Source: a virus (taxonomy: Duplodnaviria; Caudoviricetes). Taken from it: a stretch of 38,217 nucleotides of DNA. Below, piece after piece: positions 18,163-26,219 of this stretch; the stretch's first letter is position 1; every line of letters starts with the position of its first letter. The position numbers and the translations under genes are program-made. A model generated the notes under the pieces. It made no database searches. It worked only from the letters and a program-made list of their open reading frames with translations, and was not told the DNA's origin. Location: positions 1 to 38,217 of the IMG/VR virus record IMGVR_UViG_3300008450_000141. One strand, given 5' to 3'.

Positions 18163-18792
18163 ATGAACTACGCACAACTAGTCACGGCGATTCAAGATTA
18201 CTGCGAACAGACGTTTGCTACGGCAGACATAAATATATTTATACAGCAAGCAGAGCAACGTGTGTATAACGCGGTGCAGCTTCCTGCTTTGCGTAAGAAC
18301 GTGACAGGTAATACAACATCAGCCAATAAATACTTAGCTGCACCTTCTGATTGGTTGGCTACGTATTCACTAGCTGTTATTGATGCTGCCGGTGATTATG
18401 AGTACTTGTTGAATAAAGACGTTAACTACATTCGTGAAGCGTACCCGTCAGCAAGTGATTCAGGTAAGCCGATATATTATGCGTTGTTTGATCAGAATTC
18501 ATTTATTCTAGGCCCAACACCCGATGCGAATTACACCATGGAGTTACATTATTTTTATTATCCTCAGTCCATTGTTACTGCTGGTACTACTTGGCTTGGG
18601 GATAATTTTGATTCTGTATTACTGTATGGTTCGTTATTGGAAGCGTACACGTACTTAAAAGGTGAGCAAGATGTAATCAGCGTTTATAAACAACGCTATG
18701 ACGAAGCAATGATGATGCTCAAACAATTAGGTGATGGTAAAGACCGACGCGATGCGTACAGGTCAGGACAAGTGAGGTATCCAGTACAATGA
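18163..18792 (+). CDS. head-tail adaptor protein (second)
   Basis: MNYAQL..AIQDY...FIQQAEQR...GKP.YYA...GPTPD...LLYGSLLEA. Confidence 0.65.
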   Translation: MNYAQLVTAIQDYCEQTFATADINIFIQQAEQRVYNAVQLPALRKNVTGNTTSANKYLAAPSDWLATYSLAVIDAAGDYEYLLNKDVNYIREAYPSASDSGKPIYYALFDQNSFILGPTPDANYTMELHYFYYPQSIVTAGTTWLGDNFDSVLLYGSLLEAYTYLKGEQDVISVYKQRYDEAMMMLKQLGDGKDRRDAYRSGQVRYPVQ

Positions 18793-19082
18793 GTTTTGGA
18801 ATAGAAACATCCGCCTTATTAGGTGGGATTAAGGTTTACACGACAGACGGCAGAGGGTTTACACCTGAAGAAATTGCTGAACGCGCACTAGATAAAATCA
18901 TATACGTAGGGAATCAAAGTGATCCTGTTATTCGGGATCAAGCCCTTGCGTATAGAGGTCACATTAAAAAAGTATTAGAGTTCTACTTAAAAGAAGCGGT
19001 TGACTGTTATAAAGTCACGCTTACAGCGGAGCTAGACAAACAAGGGCAACCAGAAATGGCGGCATTGGTTAGAAAAATTTAA
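18789..19082 (+). CDS. phage hypothetical protein
   Basis: TT.GRGFTPEEIAE...QA.AYR; ATGA overlap. Confidence 0.6.
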   Translation: MSFGIETSALLGGIKVYTTDGRGFTPEEIAERALDKIIYVGNQSDPVIRDQALAYRGHIKKVLEFYLKEAVDCYKVTLTAELDKQGQPEMAALVRKI

Positions 19083-19094
19083 AGGAGAAATATT

Positions 19095-19568
19095 ATGGCA
19101 GGAATTTCACAGGCAATGCCGACATCATTTAAAGTAGAAATACTTAATGGTATCCACGCATTTGGCACATCAGTAGTACGTGCAGCAACTACACCCGATG
19201 TATTTAAAATCGCACTATTCCGTGCGACAGCATCTATCGTAGGTACGTATGGCGCTGCAACAACAAACTATTCAGACATGACAGCTAACAGTGATGAAGC
19301 GTCAGGCACAGGCTACACTGCTGGTGGTAATACACTAACAAACGTAGCGCCTTCTTCAGGTGGTACTACAGCGTTCACTGACTTTAATGACACGACTTGG
19401 TCAACTGCTACAATTACGGCTTCAGGTGCTTTAATTTACAATAGCACTCAAGGCAATAAAGCGGCAGCAGTATTAAGCTTCGGTGGCGACAAAACAAGTA
19501 CCGCTGGTAACTTCACTATTGTGTTCCCTACAGCAGATGCAACAAACGCAATTATCCGTATTGCTTAA
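19095..19568 (+). CDS. virion structural protein (tail or fibre base)
   Basis: SFKVEILNG...FKIAL...GYTAGG...GALIYN...FGGDKTST; strong RBS. Confidence 0.65.
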   Translation: MAGISQAMPTSFKVEILNGIHAFGTSVVRAATTPDVFKIALFRATASIVGTYGAATTNYSDMTANSDEASGTGYTAGGNTLTNVAPSSGGTTAFTDFNDTTWSTATITASGALIYNSTQGNKAAAVLSFGGDKTSTAGNFTIVFPTADATNAIIRIA

Positions 19569-19582
19569 AGTAAGAGCAGATA

Positions 19583-20446
19583 GTGGCCGATGTTGCAATT
19601 GCACTAGGAGGATTTGGTAGTCAGGGCTGGGGCGAAGCCGCCTGGGGTTATGGGAATAGCTCCGTTTCAGCATCTGGCGAAATTGGCTCGGTTGTAGTAT
19701 CACTAGGTATAGATGTATCCGTTACCGGAGTAGAAGCTACAGGTGCAGTTGGAAGTGTAGTAGTAGAAATAGGAATTATCGCTGATGTAACAGGCGTACA
19801 AGCGGTTGGGTCAGTAAATAGCGTTGTCGTAAACGGCATAGCTAATATAGATGTAACCGGTGTTGAAGCAACCGGCGTTGTTGCAGAAGTTGCAGTAGAC
19901 GCAGGTTCGCAGGTGGGTGTTACAGGTATAGCGGGTACTGGAGACGTTGGGTCCGTAGCTGTTGCAGGCGTTGCTAATATTGCCGTTACAGGTGTGCAAG
20001 CATCTGGTGAATTAGGTTATGTTGATGCTACAATAGCGGTAGTTGTAGGGGTCTCTGGTGAGACTGGGTTAGGCGAGTTAGGTGAAGAATCTGTAATCGC
20101 TGAAGCTAATGTTTACCCCATAGGTGTTGCTGCTACTGGCACCCTAAACTCGGTAGAAGTGCAGACAGATCAAGCTCTGGATGTAACCGGGGTTGAGGCG
20201 ACTGGCGTTATTGGTGATGTCACGGTTGAGTTATCTCAGGTTATTGAGCTAACAGGAGTAGAAGCAACTGGGCAACTAGGTACAGTAGCCATAGTAGCGG
20301 AATCAAACGTGTACCCAATTGGGGTATCCGCGACAGGACAAATAGGTTCAGTTTTGATTTGGAGTCAGATTGATGATAGCCAAACACCTAACTGGGTTGC
20401 AGTAAATGACGGCAGTACAGTAACTTGGGTCGAGATACCCACATAA
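19583..20446 (+). CDS. acidic Val/Gly-rich repeat structural protein
   Basis: About 11 repeats of VTGVEATGxVGxVxV with ~22-aa period; GWG..AWG at N-terminus. Confidence 0.65.
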   Translation: MADVAIALGGFGSQGWGEAAWGYGNSSVSASGEIGSVVVSLGIDVSVTGVEATGAVGSVVVEIGIIADVTGVQAVGSVNSVVVNGIANIDVTGVEATGVVAEVAVDAGSQVGVTGIAGTGDVGSVAVAGVANIAVTGVQASGELGYVDATIAVVVGVSGETGLGELGEESVIAEANVYPIGVAATGTLNSVEVQTDQALDVTGVEATGVIGDVTVELSQVIELTGVEATGQLGTVAIVAESNVYPIGVSATGQIGSVLIWSQIDDSQTPNWVAVNDGSTVTWVEIPT

Positions 20447-20457
20447 AGGAATAACAT

Positions 20458-21033
20458 ATGGCAAGTACATACTCAAGTTTAAAAATCGAATTAATAGGTA
20501 CGGGTGATCAAACCGGTACATGGGGCGCTACAACCAATACCAACTTAGGTACTGCGATTGAAGAAGCAATTACAGGTTATGGCACCGCTAACTTCACAGC
20601 AGACTCAGCGCTCACTATTACACTTACTGATACTAACGCAGCTCAGATTGCGCGTAATCTTGTAATCAACGTAACGTCAAGCGTATCACTAACAACCACA
20701 CAAAACTTAATAGTTCCGACTATTGAGAAACAATACTACATATTTAACAACACTACTGGCGGTCGGGCTATCAATGTAAAAACCTCTGCTGGGACGGGAG
20801 TAATTGTTCCTAACGGTGGTAAAGTAGTTTTATTTGTGGATGGCACAAACGTAGTTCCGGCAATCAATTCTCTACCGGTATCAGCGACAGTAACGTATAA
20901 ATTTCCTACAAGTGACGGAACATCAGCACAAGTATTAACTACCGACGGTTCAGGTGCATTAACATGGACTACACCAACTGGCGGAATCACAACAGGTAAA
21001 TCCATTGCTATGGCAATGATTTTTGGCTTCTAA
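20458..21033 (+). CDS. tail fibre attachment / short fibre protein
   Basis: MASTYS.LKIELI.TG.Q.GTWG.TTN.N; PTSDGTS.QVLTTDGSG.L.W; C-terminus GKSIAMAMIFG. Confidence 0.65.
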   Translation: MASTYSSLKIELIGTGDQTGTWGATTNTNLGTAIEEAITGYGTANFTADSALTITLTDTNAAQIARNLVINVTSSVSLTTTQNLIVPTIEKQYYIFNNTTGGRAINVKTSAGTGVIVPNGGKVVLFVDGTNVVPAINSLPVSATVTYKFPTSDGTSAQVLTTDGSGALTWTTPTGGITTGKSIAMAMIFGF

Positions 21034-21043
21034 GGAGTAATAA

Positions 21044-21445
21044 ATGGCAAACCCAAACATCGTCGCCGTAACGAGTATATACGGCAAAACAACATACCTT
21101 ACCCCTAGCGGCACGACTGCGGTGGTTTTACTGCCTAACGCAGCGGCTTCTGGTACAGTCATGAAGATTAATCAGATTGTAGCGGCTAACGTGAACGGTT
21201 CTTCTGCGGTTAACGCCACGGTATCAATCTATACCAACGGTTCAGTAGCTCAAGGTTCAGCACCTTCTGGCGGTACAGCATACCCAATCACAAGCACAAT
21301 CTCTGTGCCTGCGAATGCATCGCTAATTGTTGCGGATAAAACAACGGCTATCTATTTAGAAGAAGGCTCATCAATCACGGTAACTTCAGGTACTGCTAGC
21401 GGCATTACATACAGCGTTTCATACGAATTAATATCTTCAAGTTAA
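21044..21445 (+). CDS. fibre-tip adaptor-like structural protein
   Basis: MANPNIV.VTSIYGKT...VPANASL...IYLEEG...VSYE. Confidence 0.55.
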   Translation: MANPNIVAVTSIYGKTTYLTPSGTTAVVLLPNAAASGTVMKINQIVAANVNGSSAVNATVSIYTNGSVAQGSAPSGGTAYPITSTISVPANASLIVADKTTAIYLEEGSSITVTSGTASGITYSVSYELISSS

Positions 21446-21455
21446 GGATTGACCT

Positions 21456-22859
21456 ATGTCAATGCGCTATTTAGGTGGGTTCATCTCTGCGTCCTACAAT
21501 CCTCTCAAGGTGCCTAATGCGCCTACCATTGGAGTTGTAACTGCTGGTAACGCACAAGTATCTGTGGCTTTTACTGCACCATCTAATGTGGGGGGTGGGG
21601 CTATAACCTCTTATATAGCGATTGCTCAGTCAGCAGCTGGTGCTTTATTCTCAGCCACAGGGTCGGCATCACCACTTACTGTTACAGGGCTAACCAATAA
21701 CACAGCTTATACAGTTCAAGTGTGTGCCGTTAATACCTATGGCCCAGGACCGTATAGCACAGGAACATCAGGCACTCCAATTCCCCCAACAAATTTATAC
21801 TCTTGGGGTCTCAACTCTCAAGGCCAATTAGGTCAAAATAATCTAATTTACCGCTCTAGTCCTGTACAAGTTGGGGCTGATGGGACGTGGGCAGACATTG
21901 CTACGAGAGGGGGTTTTACATTTGTTACAAAAACTACAGGATCGTTGTGGTGTTGGGGGTCTAATAATGTTGGGCAGTTAGGATTAAATGATAAAGTTTA
22001 CCGCTCTTCACCCGTTCAGATTGGTGCCTTAACAACATGGGCTTCCTTATATAGCTCTGGATCAAATAATGGATACGCCATAAAAACCGACGGTACATTT
22101 TGGGCATGGGGCGCTAATGGTTATGGTCAGCTTGGTCAGAATAATACAATTTATCGCTCATCCCCCGTACAAGTTGGAACAGATACTAATTGGGCTAGAA
22201 TAGCAGGCGGTGCTTATCACGTATTAGCTGTTAAAACTACAGGGACATTATGGTCTTGGGGAGATAATGGAAGAGGCCAACTAGGTCAAAATATTGCATA
22301 TACTGTAAAACTATCGTCCCCAGTACAAGTTGGTTCAGGTACCACATGGTCAAAAGTAGCTTGTTGTGATACTGCCTCTATAGCAACAAAAACTGATGGG
22401 ACAATGTGGTCATGGGGTTATAACAATAACGGTCAATTAGGATTAAATACACAAGGTACATATACAGAAAGATCCTCCCCAGTGCAGATTGGATCATTAA
22501 CAACATGGGCAAATGTATTTGCATCAGGCAATGCTGTTATAGCCATTAAAACTGACGGTACTATGTGGTCATGGGGATTTAACGGCTCAGGTCAATTAGC
22601 CCAAAACAACAGAGTTTATCGATCATCTCCTACGCAGATTGGTGCATTAACCACTTGGTCTTCAGTTAGTGTTGGTACTGGCGATAACGTAGGCGCTCTT
22701 AAAACCGATGGAACCCTATGGGCTTGGGGGTATAACCAATTTGGTGGATTAGGCGTAAATGATACAACAACTAGGTCTTCTCCTATTCAAGTAGGCGCAG
22801 CAACATCATGGACTAAAATATCCGCTGGCGGAATTATTATGGTCGGAATAAGAAGTTAA
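21456..22859 (+). CDS. FnIII domain plus 7-repeat RCC1/BLIP-II-like beta-propeller (putative receptor-binding protein)
   Basis: PNAPTIG...TVTGLTNNTAYTV.V.A.N FnIII; seven KTDGTLWxWGxNxxGQLG...RSSPVQ repeats. Confidence 0.85.
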   Translation: MSMRYLGGFISASYNPLKVPNAPTIGVVTAGNAQVSVAFTAPSNVGGGAITSYIAIAQSAAGALFSATGSASPLTVTGLTNNTAYTVQVCAVNTYGPGPYSTGTSGTPIPPTNLYSWGLNSQGQLGQNNLIYRSSPVQVGADGTWADIATRGGFTFVTKTTGSLWCWGSNNVGQLGLNDKVYRSSPVQIGALTTWASLYSSGSNNGYAIKTDGTFWAWGANGYGQLGQNNTIYRSSPVQVGTDTNWARIAGGAYHVLAVKTTGTLWSWGDNGRGQLGQNIAYTVKLSSPVQVGSGTTWSKVACCDTASIATKTDGTMWSWGYNNNGQLGLNTQGTYTERSSPVQIGSLTTWANVFASGNAVIAIKTDGTMWSWGFNGSGQLAQNNRVYRSSPTQIGALTTWSSVSVGTGDNVGALKTDGTLWAWGYNQFGGLGVNDTTTRSSPIQVGAATSWTKISAGGIIMVGIRS

Positions 22860-22869
22860 GGAAACAACA

Positions 22870-24000
22870 ATGCCAAACTACAGCGGAAAATGGACACTAC
22901 AAGCGCAGATGCAAGCGACAGCGGCTGGCAATTGGCAGTTGCCTCCAAGTAACTTGTATGGATGGGGTTATAACTACAGCGGGCAAATAGGTGACTTATC
23001 TATAGTTTATCGCTCATCACCAGTTCAAGTTTCCTCTGGCTCCACATGGTCAAAAGTAGCTAAAACAAGTGAAACTAGCGCAAGTATAAAAACTGACGGT
23101 ACATTGTGGACATGGGGTGGGAATGGTCAAGGTCAACTAGGGCAAAATGACCTTTTGTATCGTTCGGCGCCAGTTCAAGTGGGACTTTTAAGTGATTGGG
23201 CTGAAGTAATTGGTGGCAGTAATCATTTTTTAATGCTTAAGACTGATGGAACATTGTGGGCTGTTGGATTAAATAACAACGGACAGTTGGGTCAAAGTAA
23301 TACAATTGATCGCTCATCCCCAGTTCAAATTGGTGCTTTAACTACATGGACTAAAATAGGCTCTAGTTCAAATAGTTCTGCTGCTATTAAGGGCGGTGCG
23401 TTATGGATGTGGGGCAATAATAACCAAGGGCAATTAGGTCAAAACAACTTAACAAGTTCTTCTTCACCAATACAAGTTGGCGCTTTAACTAATTGGTCTA
23501 GTATTAGCGGTGGTAGATACTCAAACATTTATGGCGTCAAAACAGACGGTACATTATGGGCTTGGGGAAGCAACCCTTTTGGATCTTTAGGGTTAGGAGA
23601 TACAACTTATAAGTCTTCTCCAGTACAGGTTGGAGCTTTAACTAATTGGCTAAGTGTTGCAGGTGGTAATTATCATGCTGTAGCCACTAAAACTGATGGA
23701 ACTCTGTGGGCATGGGGATCTAACAATGCTGGCCAATTAGGTCAAAATAATGTAATTTATCGTTCATCCCCCGTTCAAGTTGGTTCTTTAACTAACTGGT
23801 CAATTGTTTCGGCTGGTGTAAATACCTGTGCAGCTACAACTACTCTAGGCACACTTTATTTGTGGGGTATTAACCAATTTGGGCAATTAGGTCAAAATGA
23901 TTTAGTGCGACGCTCGTCTCCAACACAAATAGGTTCCAATACAAATTGGTCTAAAGTTACAATGGGGTCTTATGCTGTTATAGCCACTACAACTTCTTAA
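22870..24000 (+). CDS. 7-repeat RCC1-like beta-propeller protein
   Basis: Seven xSSPxQ repeats; N-terminal SGKWTL peptide. Confidence 0.85.
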   Translation: MPNYSGKWTLQAQMQATAAGNWQLPPSNLYGWGYNYSGQIGDLSIVYRSSPVQVSSGSTWSKVAKTSETSASIKTDGTLWTWGGNGQGQLGQNDLLYRSAPVQVGLLSDWAEVIGGSNHFLMLKTDGTLWAVGLNNNGQLGQSNTIDRSSPVQIGALTTWTKIGSSSNSSAAIKGGALWMWGNNNQGQLGQNNLTSSSSPIQVGALTNWSSISGGRYSNIYGVKTDGTLWAWGSNPFGSLGLGDTTYKSSPVQVGALTNWLSVAGGNYHAVATKTDGTLWAWGSNNAGQLGQNNVIYRSSPVQVGSLTNWSIVSAGVNTCAATTTLGTLYLWGINQFGQLGQNDLVRRSSPTQIGSNTNWSKVTMGSYAVIATTTS

Positions 24001-24008
24001 AAGACAAA

Positions 24009-25778
24009 ATGAAAAACATATACTTTTTATCAGGACTTCCCCGCTCTGGCTCAACCGTCTTAGCTGCAATCTTGAGTCAAAACCCAGAGGTTCACACGAC
24101 TGCGACATCTGGACTATTAGATATGTTAGTGGGTACCTTACGAGCTTGGGCGGACTCAATGTCAGTTCAAGCTACGCCAGACAAGGCTAAGTCAGAAGCG
24201 GAGATACAGCGTATCTTAAGAAACATCTGCGACTCTAAGTACGAAGACGTAAGCAAGTCCATCATCCTAGATAAAGCGCGTGGCTGGGCATCTGACGTCA
24301 ATATCCCAACGATGGCAAAGGTTTTAGGTCACAAGCCTAAGATTATAGCGACTGTTCGTAACATCCCCGACTGTGTAGCGTCTATGGTGCGTGTAGCCAA
24401 GCCTGACAACCTAGAAGAGTTCTTAAGGACAAGTGAGCTAGTCTCGCACGTTAAAGAGTCATACCAAACACTAGAGTCAGGCTACCGCTTCGCTCCTGAG
24501 TGCATTCTATTCGTGGACTACGATGACTTACTGAATAACCCACAGAAAGAGCTAGACCGCATTCATGCCTTCTTAGACATCCCAGCGTTTGACTATAACT
24601 TGGCGATGATTAACGCGGATCACCTAAAAGAGAACGACGAAGAGGTATGGCAGGTTAAGGGTCTTCACGACGTTAAGCCAGAGCTTAAGCGCCAACACTC
24701 AACCACAGCGGAAGACGTTCTTGGTGTGTTCTATCGTGACTACCAACAGCCACGCTTTTGGTTAAACGAAGGCCCAGGCCACCGCCCTATACATGACCTA
24801 GACTTACAACTGTCCGCAGGCTTGATGGGTAACTTTAATGAAGGCTGGCGACTAGCGCAGAAGATTGAGAAGGACGAGCCTTGGAACCACAGAGCTGCGT
24901 TTAATCGTGGCTGGTACCAAATGTGGAAGGGGAACCTACTTGAAGGTGAGAAGCTACTTTATCGTGGTCGTATTGAAGGCGTATTTGGCAACCCAGTTCC
25001 TAGCTCACCGATGCCTATATGGGATGGAAAATCTCAAGGCATAGTCATGCTAAACCTCGAAGGCGGTCTTGGAGATCAAATTCACGGTGTAAGGTACGTC
25101 AAATACATTTTAGAGCGTGGATGCAAAGTTATCGTCGCGTGTAGTGGTGCCCTAGCTGGACTTCTACGTCACGTTGATGGTATCACCGCAGTAATCCAAC
25201 ATGAAGCCTTATTTGGCGTTGTACACGACTTCTGGCTACCATCTATGTCAGCGGCTATGGTTTTAGAGTTAGAATACAAGGATGTTAGCGGAGAGGCATA
25301 CATTCCGCGTCCGAATGTACCAAAATCGTCTAAATACCGTATTGGGTTACGCTGGCAAGGTAATCCACAGTTTGAGCATGAACAACACCGCGTATTCCCA
25401 AGTCAACTATTGTTTGACGCCGTTAAGGGTGTTGACGCTGAAGTTATCAGCCTACAGCGCGATGAGGGTTCACAGTATCGCCCAAACTGGGTTGGACAAG
25501 TACCGCTAGACCATTGGGAACAGACTGCTGAAGCTATTGCATCGTGTGACCTAGTGATTACCTCTTGTACGTCTGTAGCGCACTTGGCTGCAGCGATGGG
25601 TGTAGAGACATGGATTGTAGTGCCGGTATTACCTTATTATCTATGGGCACCCCCAACAAATACCACAGTTTGGTATAATAGCGTAACATTGTATAGACAG
25701 ACAAGTTTTGGGGATTGGACCGATCCCTTCAAGAAAATCGGTGCACAACTTCGAGAACTTAAGAAATTAACCGCATAG
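24009..25778 (+). CDS. sulfotransferase fused to a GT9-like (heptosyltransferase-type) glycosyltransferase
   Basis: 5'-PSB loop SGLPRSGST and 3'-PB VRN..D.VAS; helical linker; EGGLGDQI, W.GNP, DLVITSCTSVAHLAAAMG. Confidence 0.8.
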   Translation: MKNIYFLSGLPRSGSTVLAAILSQNPEVHTTATSGLLDMLVGTLRAWADSMSVQATPDKAKSEAEIQRILRNICDSKYEDVSKSIILDKARGWASDVNIPTMAKVLGHKPKIIATVRNIPDCVASMVRVAKPDNLEEFLRTSELVSHVKESYQTLESGYRFAPECILFVDYDDLLNNPQKELDRIHAFLDIPAFDYNLAMINADHLKENDEEVWQVKGLHDVKPELKRQHSTTAEDVLGVFYRDYQQPRFWLNEGPGHRPIHDLDLQLSAGLMGNFNEGWRLAQKIEKDEPWNHRAAFNRGWYQMWKGNLLEGEKLLYRGRIEGVFGNPVPSSPMPIWDGKSQGIVMLNLEGGLGDQIHGVRYVKYILERGCKVIVACSGALAGLLRHVDGITAVIQHEALFGVVHDFWLPSMSAAMVLELEYKDVSGEAYIPRPNVPKSSKYRIGLRWQGNPQFEHEQHRVFPSQLLFDAVKGVDAEVISLQRDEGSQYRPNWVGQVPLDHWEQTAEAIASCDLVITSCTSVAHLAAAMGVETWIVVPVLPYYLWAPPTNTTVWYNSVTLYRQTSFGDWTDPFKKIGAQLRELKKLTA

Positions 25779-25787
25779 GAGATTATT

Positions 25788-26210
25788 ATGTCAACAGTAA
25801 AACAAGGCTACTGGATTCGCGTCCAAGATGGCAAAGTAACACAAGTATGGGACACACAACCACCAGTAGACACAGAAGCTGGTTGGAAAGCAGCCATTGA
25901 GATTCATCCAGACCTAGTCCCTAACCGTGAGTACATCTCACACCACACTATTGATGCAGACAAAACCCCAGCCGAAATCATCTGGCACAAGGTTGCATTG
26001 ACCGTGGATGACCGCAAAGGTGGTCTAGTTGGCGCTGCTAAAGGCGAGTTCCAACGTGTTGTGAATGAGGAAACTCAAAAGCAAATCAACGACAATCCAG
26101 CTGAGACCTATGACGCAAAGCGTGTAGCTGATGCTAAAGCAGCGTTAGACGCGAAACTAGCTGATATTGCTGGCGCAACAACACACGAAGACCTAGACGT
26201 AATAGCTTAA
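25788..26210 (+). CDS. putative fibre assembly chaperone
   Basis: Small; adjacent to fibre-like genes; C-terminal IA.ATT.EDL helix. Confidence 0.45.
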   Translation: MSTVKQGYWIRVQDGKVTQVWDTQPPVDTEAGWKAAIEIHPDLVPNREYISHHTIDADKTPAEIIWHKVALTVDDRKGGLVGAAKGEFQRVVNEETQKQINDNPAETYDAKRVADAKAALDAKLADIAGATTHEDLDVIA

Positions 26211-26219
26211 GGAATTGCC

